Origin: a virus
Taxonomy: Duplodnaviria; Caudoviricetes
IMG/VR virus record: IMGVR_UViG_3300016666_000422
Span: 1 to 36,047 of that record
DNA length: 36,047 nucleotides
Direction: 5' to 3' (one strand)
Shown here: piece by piece, positions 17,106 through 26,515 of the stretch
How positions within the stretch are numbered: the stretch's first letter is position 1
How the letters are laid out: each line of letters starts with the position of its first letter
Notes under the pieces: model-generated
The model's input: only the letters and a program-made list of their open reading frames with translations
Told to the model about the DNA's origin: nothing
The model's database searches: none
Made by a program: the position numbers and the translations under genes

Positions 17106-17446
17106 ACCGCGAAACCGGCTCCACTATCAGCACGCTCGAGCATATCGGCCAGTCCATCAGCGATATCCTCAGCACCCGCCTCGGCACCCGCGTAATGCGC
17201 CGTGAATACGGCAGCCTGCTGCCCGAACTGGTGGACCAACCGTTTAACGACGCCACGCGTTTGCGGGTGTATGCCGCGAGTGTGATGGCGATCATGCGTT
17301 GGGAGCCTCGTGTCAGCCTCACCCGTATTCAGCTTCAAGGTGCCACCCTGCAAGGTCAGGTCGTGATGGATATCGAAGGCCGCGTCCTCGACCGTAATCA
17401 GGCGCTGAGTATGAGTCTGCCTCTGCAGTTGGGAGGTGGTGCATGA
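17102..17446 (+). CDS. gpW: Baseplate protein (P2 gpW/gp25 family)
   Basis: GTRVMRREYGSLLPELVDQP, WEPRV. Confidence 0.94.
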   Translation: MNRETGSTISTLEHIGQSISDILSTRLGTRVMRREYGSLLPELVDQPFNDATRLRVYAASVMAIMRWEPRVSLTRIQLQGATLQGQVVMDIEGRVLDRNQALSMSLPLQLGGGA

Positions 17447-18357
17447 GCACCTTCACCGCTATCGACCTCAACCTGTTGCCCGCACCGCAAATCGTGGAAC
17501 AGATCGATTACGAGCAGATCCTGGCCGAGCGCAAGGCGTACATGGTCAGCCTGTGGCCGCTTGAGGAGCAGGCCGCAATTGCGGCGCGGCTCGCGCTGGA
17601 GTCGGAGCCACTGAGCAAGCTGCTGCAGGAGAACGCCTACCGCGAAACCCTCTGGCGGCAGCGGGTGAATGAAGCGGCAGTGGCCAATATGTTGTCACTG
17701 GCCACCGACAACGACCTAGACAACCTCGCGGCCAATTTTAACGTTCAGCGCCTGGTGATCCAGGAAGGCAACCCCAACGCCAACCCGCCCATCCCCCTTG
17801 TGATGGAGAGCAACGGCAGTCTGCGCGAACGGGCGCAAATGGCCTGGGAAGGTTTGAGCACGGCTGGCCCGCGCAACAGCTACATCATCCACGCACGTGC
17901 CGCCGATGGCCGCGTGGGTGACGCCACTGCAGAAAGCCCAAGTCCGGCAGTGGTCGTTGTCACCGTGCAAGCCTTGCTCGGCGATGGGAGTGCCGATCCA
18001 GCGTTACTGGCAACCGTTATGGCTTATCTCAGCGACGAAGATCGGCGACCGGTTGCTGATCGACTTACGGTACAAACCGCGCAGGTTATCCGCTACCAGA
18101 TCGATGCCACGCTCTACCTGACCACCAGCGGCCCCGAGTCCGAGCCGATTATTGCTGCCGCTGAAAAACGCTTGCTGGCCTTTGTGCATCAGCGACGCCG
18201 TTTGGGCATGGAAGTATCCGAATCTGCCGTCCACGCCGCGCTGCATGTCGAAGGCGTGCGCAAGGTCGCGCTCGAGAATTGGCAAGACATTCGCGCTACA
18301 CCGTACCAAGCGCCTTTTTGCATGTCCGTAACGCTGATGCTGGGTGCTGAGCCGTGA
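17443..18357 (+). CDS. gpJ: Baseplate wedge protein (P2 gpJ)
   Basis: LESEPLSKLLQENAYRE, STAGP, RPVADRLTV. Confidence 0.95.
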   Translation: MSTFTAIDLNLLPAPQIVEQIDYEQILAERKAYMVSLWPLEEQAAIAARLALESEPLSKLLQENAYRETLWRQRVNEAAVANMLSLATDNDLDNLAANFNVQRLVIQEGNPNANPPIPLVMESNGSLRERAQMAWEGLSTAGPRNSYIIHARAADGRVGDATAESPSPAVVVVTVQALLGDGSADPALLATVMAYLSDEDRRPVADRLTVQTAQVIRYQIDATLYLTTSGPESEPIIAAAEKRLLAFVHQRRRLGMEVSESAVHAALHVEGVRKVALENWQDIRATPYQAPFCMSVTLMLGAEP

Positions 18358-18971
18358 GCTGTCAGTCGCTACTGCCCCGCAATGCCTGCGACCTGGAACG
18401 TCAGGCAGCCCAGGCATTGGCACAAATTCAGCGGGTGCCCATTCCCTTACGTCAGCTGTGGAACCCCGACACCTGCCCCACGGAGCTGCTGCCATACCTT
18501 GCGTGGTCGTTGTCGGTAGACCGCTGGGATAGCAAGTGGCTGGAGAGCACCAAACGCGCTGCGATCCGTGCGTCCTACGTTATCCACTCACGCAAAGGCA
18601 CCATCGGCGCCCTGCGTCGGGTGGTCGAGCCGTTGGGGTATCTGATTGAGGTGGTCGAGTGGTGGCAGACCGCTCCCGAAGGCGTGCCAGGCACTTTCGC
18701 GCTCAAGGTTGGTGTGCTGGATACCGGTATCACCGAGCAGATGTACCAGGAACTGACCTTTCTGATCGATGACGCCAAACCCGTCAGCCGCCACTTGACC
18801 GGTCTGGCCATCAGCCTTGAAAGCACCGGGCAAATCAATGTGTTTGCGGCGCTTTACGAGGGCGACGAAATCGACGTTTACCCACCCACCCCGCGTGACA
18901 TTGAGATCACGGGGCACTTCGGCCCTGCTGGCCACGAACACCAAATCGAAACCCTGGACGTGTACCCATGA
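18354..18971 (+). CDS. gpI: Tail protein I (P2 gpI)
   Basis: LWNPDTCP..LLPYLAW, KGTIGALRR, DAKPVSRHL. Confidence 0.95.
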   Translation: MSCQSLLPRNACDLERQAAQALAQIQRVPIPLRQLWNPDTCPTELLPYLAWSLSVDRWDSKWLESTKRAAIRASYVIHSRKGTIGALRRVVEPLGYLIEVVEWWQTAPEGVPGTFALKVGVLDTGITEQMYQELTFLIDDAKPVSRHLTGLAISLESTGQINVFAALYEGDEIDVYPPTPRDIEITGHFGPAGHEHQIETLDVYP

Positions 18972-20539
18972 TTGATCAAAACAGCCAGTTTATGGCGATC
19001 CTCACTGCCGTCGGGGAAGCCAAACAAGCCAACGCCGCAGCCTTGGGCATCCCCTGGACGTTCTCGCAGATGGGCATCGGCGATGCGAGCGGCAGCGACC
19101 CACAGCCCGACCGGGCGCAAACCAAACTGATCAACGAGCAGCGCCGTGCGCCTCTGAATCAGGTCAGGACTGACCCGAAAAACGCCAACGTGATCATCGC
19201 TGAGCAAGTGATCCCGGAAAACGTCGGCGGCTGGTGGATTCGTGAAATCGGTCTGTACGACGCCGAAGGTGATCTGGTAGCCGTGGCCAACTGCGCGCCC
19301 AGCTTCAAACCTTTGCTCGCCCAGGGCAGTGGCAAGACCCAAGTGGTGCGCATCAACTTTATCGTCACCAGCGCCGCCAATGTCACGCTCAAGATCGACC
19401 CGAGCGTGGTGTTGGCCACCCGGCAATATGTGGACGATCAGATCATTGAAGTCCTGCCGCCGACGCGCATGGCAGGCACCTTTCGCAAGGTCACCATCAA
19501 CGAGCACGGTGTGGTAATCGCAGGCAGCAACCCTGACACGTTGGCAGGAGCTGGCATTAAGGATGCGATTGCAAATATCAATCCCTTGTCGGACGGTAGT
19601 TTAGATTTGCACGGTGGAAATTACGCGTTTGTTACAGCTCGACTTGAAAGTCATTTAACGCGAAATGCTTATTGGGACGGGGCAAAATGGCTTTCGCATA
19701 ATAATAATGAGCCTTCATACCGTATGTCGTGCTTGAGCAATGGTTTTTCCTGCTCCACGGCCGTTCCTGTCAATGGGCCTCTCTTATGGATAAGCACTCC
19801 AATTGCAACAGGATTAGATCTTGCCAAAAAGGCGAACAGCGCTACAACCCTGGCGGGCTATGGCATTACGGATGCTTACACCCAGATTAAAACCAATGAC
19901 TTACTTAAGGTAAAAGCACCGCTCGCCAGTCCAGCGTTAACCGGAAAACCGACCGCCCCAACAGCCTCAGTCGGTGCAAACGATCTTCAATTGGCTAACA
20001 CGGCTTTTGTACAGGCCATCGCGGCAGGCATGAACGCGAGCGCGCCAGGTGACGCAGTGTTCACGTTTAGCCGGTTGCCGCCCGTCGGGACGCTGAAGGC
20101 CAATGGCGCGGCAGTGCCGGTAGCAAACTATCCAGCGTTAACAACAGCGATCTATGTAGGCGATGTGCTTAATGCGAGCGCTGTTTGGGGGTATCGCTGC
20201 AACAACGCTACGGCCCCGTCGACAACTCGCGCCACAAATGGGCCTTACATTGTGCTGCCCGATGTGCGCGGTGAAAGCGTTGTGGGGTTTGATGATGGCC
20301 GTGGTGTCGATGCCGGTCGTGATTGGGCCAGTTGGCAAGACTGGATGGTGGGCAGCCACACCCACCCCGTGAGGTACTGGACCTACAGAGACGGTACTGG
20401 CACGGGGTTCCATAACTACCTTAAACCCTTTAATGATAAAGGCTCATCGACGGGAACTCAGGAAGATGGGGTTGGAGCATCGGGCGGCAATACCAACCGC
20501 TCACGAAACTTGGCACCTTTGGCCTGTATCCGTTACTGA
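18968..20539 (+). CDS. gpH: Tail fibre protein (P2 gpH-like) with collar domain
   Basis: GGWWIREIGL, IDPSVVLATR N-terminus; KAPLASPALTGKPTAPT; collar ANGAAV...LPDVRGE..GFDDGRGVD; RNLAPLACIRY. Confidence 0.92.
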   Translation: MIDQNSQFMAILTAVGEAKQANAAALGIPWTFSQMGIGDASGSDPQPDRAQTKLINEQRRAPLNQVRTDPKNANVIIAEQVIPENVGGWWIREIGLYDAEGDLVAVANCAPSFKPLLAQGSGKTQVVRINFIVTSAANVTLKIDPSVVLATRQYVDDQIIEVLPPTRMAGTFRKVTINEHGVVIAGSNPDTLAGAGIKDAIANINPLSDGSLDLHGGNYAFVTARLESHLTRNAYWDGAKWLSHNNNEPSYRMSCLSNGFSCSTAVPVNGPLLWISTPIATGLDLAKKANSATTLAGYGITDAYTQIKTNDLLKVKAPLASPALTGKPTAPTASVGANDLQLANTAFVQAIAAGMNASAPGDAVFTFSRLPPVGTLKANGAAVPVANYPALTTAIYVGDVLNASAVWGYRCNNATAPSTTRATNGPYIVLPDVRGESVVGFDDGRGVDAGRDWASWQDWMVGSHTHPVRYWTYRDGTGTGFHNYLKPFNDKGSSTGTQEDGVGASGGNTNRSRNLAPLACIRY

Positions 20540-20548
20540 GGAAAGAAA

Positions 20549-21142
20549 ATGTCAGCACCAAAAATTTACCAAGCCGACCCTCTAACGGGTGAATTTATGG
20601 GTTTCAGTGTTGCCGATCCTGACCCTATGGATGAAAACAATTGGCTGATTCCGGCTATGGCGTTTCTAGAGGCTCCGCCTGTGGGCGCTACGGGTTTCGC
20701 CATCGTGCATCAACCCGACAGTGATGTGACCTGGAGTGTCGTACCAGACCTACGGGGGGAGGTTTACAGTACTCAGGATGGGGCACCGCTGCAGCACAAC
20801 AAATTAGGCGTGCTTCCCGATGGTTTAACAGTTGAGCCGATGCCCAGTCAGCATCACGTGTGGGTTGATGGCGAGTGGATACTTGATAAAAGCGTTCAGG
20901 CTATCCACGAACAAATTGCAGAACGCCAATGGCGAGATACCGAGATCGACAGGATCAAATGGTTGCGCGAACGTCACCGCGATGAGCAGGACCTGGCTTT
21001 AACCACCACGCTGACTACGCAACAATTCCCTCAACTGTTGAGCTATATGCAGCAACTGCGCGACTGGCCACGATCACCGGATTTTCCAGCCCTTGGACAT
21101 CGCCCCCTGGCCCCTAAGTGGATTAGTGCCCAAGACGATTGA
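20549..21142 (+). CDS. Tail fibre assembly chaperone
   Basis: ADPDP...WLIPA, DLRG, ERQWRD, LRDWP...FP...RP..P.W. Confidence 0.85.
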   Translation: MSAPKIYQADPLTGEFMGFSVADPDPMDENNWLIPAMAFLEAPPVGATGFAIVHQPDSDVTWSVVPDLRGEVYSTQDGAPLQHNKLGVLPDGLTVEPMPSQHHVWVDGEWILDKSVQAIHEQIAERQWRDTEIDRIKWLRERHRDEQDLALTTTLTTQQFPQLLSYMQQLRDWPRSPDFPALGHRPLAPKWISAQDD

Positions 21143-21174
21143 CCCAACATCTGGGCGTCTACACCCCGATGCCC

Positions 21175-21194
21175 TGTAGCCTTCCTTTCTACAA
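21175..21194 (+). promoter_or_regulatory. Ogr-family activator box of the F late promoter
   Basis: TGTAG-N9-CTACAA upstream of the sheath gene. Confidence 0.75.
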
Positions 21195-21266
21195 GCCCAC
21201 CCCCTCGCCCAATCGCTACGCGCGCGGCAGCCTGTGCAGTGTCATTCCACTGCGCAGGCATCACCC

Positions 21267-22436
21267 ATGGCCGATTATCTCCACGGCGTGCGAGTCATCG
21301 AACTCAACGACGGCACACGTCCCATTCGTACTATCCCTACCGCCGTTATCGGCATGGTGTGCACCGCCGAAGACGCTGACGCGGCGTTCTTTCCGTTGGA
21401 CACGCCGGTACTGATTACCAACGTACAAACCGCTGTTGGCAAAGCCGGTGTCAAAGGCACCCTCGGTGTCAGCCTGCAAGCCATAGCCGACCAGACCAAA
21501 CCCTACGCCATCGTGGTGCGGGTCAAGGAAGGCAAAGACGAGGCCGAGACCACCAGTGCGCTGATCGGTACCACCACTCCCGAAGGTAAATACACCGGGA
21601 TGAAAGCCCTGCTCGCCGCCAAGGCGCGCCTGGGCATGGTGCCGCGCATTCTGGGTGCGCCGGGACTGGACAGTTTGCCGGTGGCCACCGCACTGGCGAG
21701 CATTGCCCAGCAGTTGCGCGCCTTCGCCTACGTCAGTGCCTGGGCCTGCAAAACCAAAGAGGAAGTGGTCGCCTACCGCGAGAACTTCGGTGCCCGTGAG
21801 GTGATGGTGATCTGGCCGGACTTCCTTAACTTCGACACTGCCACCAGCAAAACCACCGTCGCCTCAGCTGTGGCCCGTGCGCTGGGCTTACGCGCCAAGA
21901 TCGATCAGGAGGTGGGCTGGCATAAAACCCTGTCCAACGTCGCGGTCAATGGCGTCACCGGCATCAGCGCCGATGTGTTCTGGGACCTGCAGAACCCGGC
22001 AACCGATGCCAACTACCTCAACAGCAACGAAGTCACCACGCTGATCAACGAGGGCGGCTATCGCTTCTGGGGCAGCCGCACCTGCTCCGACGACCCATTG
22101 TTTGCCTTTGAGAACTACACCCGCACCGCGCAAATCCTCGCCGACACCATGGCCGAGGCGCATATGTGGACGGTGGATAAACCCATGCATGCCTCATTGG
22201 TGCGCGACATCGTTGAGGGTATTAACGCCAAGTTTCGCGAGCTGATCTCCCAGGGCTATCTAATCGGGGGCAGTTGCTGGTTTCCAGACGAGATCAACGA
22301 CAAGGACACACTCAAGGCCGGCAAGCTCTACCTCGATTACGACTACACCCCCGTGCCGCCGCTGGAAGACCTGACCCTGCGTCAGCGCATCACCGACCGT
22401 TACCTGATCGACTTCGCCAGCAAGATCAACCGTTAA
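21267..22436 (+). CDS. gpFI: Tail sheath protein (P2 gpFI)
   Basis: YLHGVRVIE, PRILGAPGLD, GWHKTLSNV, GYRFWGSRT, DYDYTPVPPLE. Confidence 0.96.
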   Translation: MADYLHGVRVIELNDGTRPIRTIPTAVIGMVCTAEDADAAFFPLDTPVLITNVQTAVGKAGVKGTLGVSLQAIADQTKPYAIVVRVKEGKDEAETTSALIGTTTPEGKYTGMKALLAAKARLGMVPRILGAPGLDSLPVATALASIAQQLRAFAYVSAWACKTKEEVVAYRENFGAREVMVIWPDFLNFDTATSKTTVASAVARALGLRAKIDQEVGWHKTLSNVAVNGVTGISADVFWDLQNPATDANYLNSNEVTTLINEGGYRFWGSRTCSDDPLFAFENYTRTAQILADTMAEAHMWTVDKPMHASLVRDIVEGINAKFRELISQGYLIGGSCWFPDEINDKDTLKAGKLYLDYDYTPVPPLEDLTLRQRITDRYLIDFASKINR

Positions 22437-22493
22437 ACCGGGCCTCCCCGCAAGGGGAGCAAACCCTGTGCCCGCACCTCGGAGAACCCTGTC

Positions 22494-23009
22494 ATGGCCT
22501 TACCTCGCAAGCTTAAAAACCTGAACCTCTTCAACGACGGCAACAGCTACCTCGGCGTGGTCAAGTCCGTCACTTTGCCCGCGCTGGCCCGCAAGATGGA
22601 AAGCTATCGCGGCGGCGGCATGAACGGCGGCGTCAAGGCTGACCTGGGCATGGCAGACGATGGCCTGCAGTTCGACTGGAAAACCGGCGGTTTGGATCTG
22701 ATCTCCCTGAAACAGTTCGGCGCGGTCAACGCCTCAGCCGTCGCACTGCGTTTTTCCGGCGCGTTCCAACAGGACGATACGGGCGAAACCAGCACCGTGG
22801 AAATCGCCGTGCGCGGTCGTCACGAGTCCATCGAAATGGGCGATGCCAAGCCCGGCGAAGACACCGAACACGGCATCAAAACCACCTGCACCTATTACAA
22901 GTTGACCGTCGATAACGAGGAAATCATCGAGATCGATCTGCTCAACTTTATTGAGAAGGTCGGCGGCATCGACATGCTGGAAAAACAGCGCATTGCCATC
23001 GGCATCTGA
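22494..23009 (+). CDS. gpFII: Tail tube protein (P2 gpFII)
   Basis: MALPRKLKNLNLFNDG, YRGGGM, TYYKL. Confidence 0.96.
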   Translation: MALPRKLKNLNLFNDGNSYLGVVKSVTLPALARKMESYRGGGMNGGVKADLGMADDGLQFDWKTGGLDLISLKQFGAVNASAVALRFSGAFQQDDTGETSTVEIAVRGRHESIEMGDAKPGEDTEHGIKTTCTYYKLTVDNEEIIEIDLLNFIEKVGGIDMLEKQRIAIGI

Positions 23010-23039
23010 CTTGGTTAACCCTTTTCCTCGGAGCCTCAC

Positions 23040-23369
23040 ATGAAAACCCACGACACCGCTGAACCCCTACCCGCCGCCGATGACAACTGCGTCACCCTCG
23101 ACCAGCCAATCAAACGCGGCACTACGCAAATCACCAGTATCACCCTGCGCAAACCCGCCTCGGGCGAGCTGCGCGGCGTATTGCTGATTGACCTGCTGAA
23201 CATGGACGTATCCAGCCTGATCAAGGTGATCCCGCGAATCAGCAACCCCGGCATTACCGCCCCTGAAGCAGCCGGTATGGACCCGGCTGACTTGTTGGCC
23301 ATCGGCAGCAAGATCGCCAGTTTTTTGTTGCAGAAGTCGGCGAAGGCGGATGTATACCTCGTTGCGTAG
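23040..23369 (+). CDS. gpE: Tail assembly chaperone (P2 gpE)
   Basis: LDQPIKRG...ITLRKPASGELRG, PRIS.P, DPADL. Confidence 0.93.
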   Translation: MKTHDTAEPLPAADDNCVTLDQPIKRGTTQITSITLRKPASGELRGVLLIDLLNMDVSSLIKVIPRISNPGITAPEAAGMDPADLLAIGSKIASFLLQKSAKADVYLVA

Positions 23370-23497
23370 AAGACGCCATGGCCGACCTGGCTGTGGTTTT
23401 TCACTGGGCACCGGCTGATATGAATCAGTTGGGCCTGCAAGAACTGATGGACTGGCGCGAGCGCGCCAGGGTGCGGAGTTCAACTGATGGCGAATGA
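23321..23497 (+). CDS. gpE': gpE' extension reached by -1 programmed frameshift at TTTTTTG (23321-23327)
   Basis: The -1 frame is open from the T6G run through MADLAVVFHWAPADM...ELMDWRERA to TGA 23497, as for P2 E+E'. Confidence 0.85.
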   Translation, partial: FFVAEVGEGGCIPRCVEDAMADLAVVFHWAPADMNQLGLQELMDWRERARVRSSTDGE

Positions 23498-26069
23498 TCT
23501 AAGACTTAGGGTGTTGCTCACCGCCATCGACAAAGTCACTGGTCCGCTCAAACGCATCATGACTGGCAGCACCGGGGCGGCTAAAAACTTAAAGGCCGCC
23601 CGTGATCGACTAAAGGAGCTCAATAATCAGCAAAAAGATGTGGGGGCATGGCGTACCCAAACCACTGCGGCTAAACAGACGGGAGAAGCTCTGAATGCCG
23701 CACGCGAAAAGGTCAAAGCGCTAAGCCAGCAAATTCGGGCTACAGGCGCGCCAACCAAAGCGCTGAGCAATGACTTTAAACGGGCAGTACGTAATGCCAG
23801 CAACCTGAAACAACAGCACCAACAACAGAGTGCGCAACTGCAAACATTACGCACACGACTGAACACTGCGGGTATCAGCACTAAAAACCTGTCCCGACAC
23901 GAACGTGACTTACGTACCCAAATAGTCGCGGCTAATGCCGCCTTGACTGCGCAAACTGAACGCCTCAGACGACTAACCGCCCAACAAGAACGGCAGAAAC
24001 GCGCCAGAAGCAATTACAGCAAGGGCATACAAACGGTCGCTGCCGTAGGCGGCACGGGCATGGCAGCGCGTGCGACCGGAATGTATACCGGAGAAAAACT
24101 CCAATCCATGCTCCGTGTGGGCTACAACTTTGACGCAATCATGTCTTCGACCCAAGCAGTGACACGCGTGGCAGACAAGAATAGCGATGCGATGATCGCC
24201 CTTCGCAACCAAGCAAGAACGCTACCTCTGAGCAGCAAATTTACAGACAGCGAAGTTGCCCAGGGCCAGTACTTTTTGGGCAGAACCGGCTACAACCCGC
24301 AACAAATCCTCGGCGCAATGCCTGGCATGCTCAACCTAGCGGCTGCAGGTGATATGGAGCTGGGTGATACCGCCGATATTGCATCCAACATTCAAACAGC
24401 AATGGGCATCCCCGCAGAAAAAATGGGCAACGTTGCGGACGTGTTAACAGCTGCATTTACTCGGAACAACGTCGATATCCGAATGCTGGGTGACTCGCTG
24501 AAATACAGCGCCGGAGTTGGCCGTGAATATGGCCAAAGCCTTGAGACCGTCACCGCAGCCACCGCCTTGCTTGGAAACGCAGGCGTTCAAGGGAGTATGG
24601 CAGGCACCGCCATGCGCTCCGTGCTCACTCGAATAGGCACCTCCAAAGCGGTCTCTAAACTGGGTGTGAACACCCAGGACAGCTCCGGCAACATGCGCGA
24701 CATGCTCGATATCCTCAAAGACATCAACGTCAAAACGAAAGACTTGGGCAATATTCAGCGAGGCGCGATCTTCAAAGACATTGCAGGTCAATACGCAGTC
24801 ACCAGCTTTGGCACCCTAATGCGCTCAGTTGAAACTGGGCAGTTTCAATCCATGCGCGAAAGCCTGAACAACTCAGACGGAGAAGCTGCCCGCGTTGCAG
24901 CAACGCAGCTCGATAACCTCAAAGGCGATATGACCCTGCTCCACGCGGCCTTGGAGAATATCTCGGTAGAGCTCTTTGATAAAAATAACCGCTGGCTACG
25001 AGACATGGCGGCCGATATCAGCCAGTTACTCCATGCCGTTGGAGAGTTTCTCAAAGAAAACCCTCTCATGAGCAAAGCCATTGTCATCACTATTGGTAGC
25101 TTCTCTGTTTTGATGGCTACCCTGGGCACTCTGACCATCGGCATTGCCGGAATTTTGGGGCCGATCATCGGCCTGCGGTTTCTACTGGCATCAGTGGGCA
25201 TTCGCTTGCCAGGCATCATCGGTTTACTCAAAGGCTTTGCTTCCGGCCTTCTGATGCTTGGCCGCATGATGATCGGGCCCTTTATCACGGCACTTCGCGC
25301 CGTAGGCATCGCTTTATGGGGGTTGTCAGCCAACCCGATTGTGCTAGTGATCGCCGCCGTCGTCGCGGCCCTAGCTCTCGGTGCCTACCTAATCTACAAA
25401 AACTGGGACGCGGTCAAAGGCTACTTCGGCAGCTCCTGGACAGAAATCAAAGCCGGGTTTGACGGCGGAATTGGCGGCATTCTCACAGTGCTGACCAACT
25501 TCAGCCCCATCGGTTTGATCTACCAGGCCTTTGCCGGTGTACTCGGTTATTTGGGCATCGATCTGCCCAATCGCTTTACCGAGTTCGGCAACATGATCAT
25601 CAACGGCTTGGTCAATGGGCTTTACGCGGGCCTGGGGCAGATCAAAAGCGCGATCAACAACATCGGCGACTCGACCATTGCCTGGTTCAAGGAAAAACTC
25701 GATATCCACAGCCCGTCGCGGGTGTTCGCGCAACTGGGCAACTTCACGATGGATGGTTTGGCCCAAGGGCTTGTAGAAGGCGGCAAAGGCCCGCTGAACG
25801 CCATCAGCCAACTCAGCAAGCAGCTGACCGCTACCGGAGTTCTCGCCATCGGCACTCTCAGCACCCCGGCGCTGGCCGTGGATATGCGTCCACCGATCAG
25901 CCCAACGGCTGCGCCAACCTACGGTAGCAACGACCACTACGAAATCAATATCAACCCCACGCCCAACATGGATGCCCTGGCAATCGCCCGAGCAGTACGC
26001 GCCGAACTGAGCCGTATCGATAACGAAAAATCGGCCAAGCGCCGCAGCAAATTCTCTGACCTGGATTAA
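23487..26069 (+). CDS. gpT: Tail tape measure protein (P2 gpT, TP901-type core)
   Basis: 860-aa Ala-rich helical protein; GSMAGTAMR, DNLKGD, LDIHSPSRVF. Confidence 0.94.
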   Translation: MANDLRLRVLLTAIDKVTGPLKRIMTGSTGAAKNLKAARDRLKELNNQQKDVGAWRTQTTAAKQTGEALNAAREKVKALSQQIRATGAPTKALSNDFKRAVRNASNLKQQHQQQSAQLQTLRTRLNTAGISTKNLSRHERDLRTQIVAANAALTAQTERLRRLTAQQERQKRARSNYSKGIQTVAAVGGTGMAARATGMYTGEKLQSMLRVGYNFDAIMSSTQAVTRVADKNSDAMIALRNQARTLPLSSKFTDSEVAQGQYFLGRTGYNPQQILGAMPGMLNLAAAGDMELGDTADIASNIQTAMGIPAEKMGNVADVLTAAFTRNNVDIRMLGDSLKYSAGVGREYGQSLETVTAATALLGNAGVQGSMAGTAMRSVLTRIGTSKAVSKLGVNTQDSSGNMRDMLDILKDINVKTKDLGNIQRGAIFKDIAGQYAVTSFGTLMRSVETGQFQSMRESLNNSDGEAARVAATQLDNLKGDMTLLHAALENISVELFDKNNRWLRDMAADISQLLHAVGEFLKENPLMSKAIVITIGSFSVLMATLGTLTIGIAGILGPIIGLRFLLASVGIRLPGIIGLLKGFASGLLMLGRMMIGPFITALRAVGIALWGLSANPIVLVIAAVVAALALGAYLIYKNWDAVKGYFGSSWTEIKAGFDGGIGGILTVLTNFSPIGLIYQAFAGVLGYLGIDLPNRFTEFGNMIINGLVNGLYAGLGQIKSAINNIGDSTIAWFKEKLDIHSPSRVFAQLGNFTMDGLAQGLVEGGKGPLNAISQLSKQLTATGVLAIGTLSTPALAVDMRPPISPTAAPTYGSNDHYEININPTPNMDALAIARAVRAELSRIDNEKSAKRRSKFSDLD

Positions 26070-26074
26070 CCACC

Positions 26075-26515
26075 ATGATGCTTGCACTTGGCATGTTCGT
26101 GTTCAGCCTCTCGACCTTGGCCTATCAAGAACTGCAGCGCCAAACCGAATGGCGTCACCCCAGCAGCAGCCGGGTGGGTGCCGCGCCGGCACGGCAATTT
26201 ATTGGCCGCGGTGACGACAGTATCACCCTGCCCGGCATCATTTTCCCCGAGCTGGCCGGTACCACGCTGAGCCTTGATGCCCTGCGGCTGATGGCAAACA
26301 CTGGCAAGGCTTGGCCGATGATTGAAGGCACTGGGCGCATCTATGGCCTGTGGGTGATTGAGAGCCTGAGCGAAACCAAAACGGTGTTCTTCCGCGACGG
26401 CACGGCACGGCGCATTGAGTTCACCCTGACCCTGAAACGCATCGACGATGATCAGCTCGACCTGATTGGCGCCGCTTCCAGCCTTGGCATGAGTGTTTTG
26501 CGAGCGTTGTTATGA
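26075..26515 (+). CDS. gpU: Tail protein U (P2 gpU)
   Basis: MMLALGMFVF, ITLPG, DGTARRIEFTLTL. Confidence 0.94.
   Translation: MMLALGMFVFSLSTLAYQELQRQTEWRHPSSSRVGAAPARQFIGRGDDSITLPGIIFPELAGTTLSLDALRLMANTGKAWPMIEGTGRIYGLWVIESLSETKTVFFRDGTARRIEFTLTLKRIDDDQLDLIGAASSLGMSVLRALL

Noticed and set aside
21143-21266. P2 fun(Z)-type cargo slot between G and FI
   Set aside because: Holds only the late promoter; no cargo or invertase.
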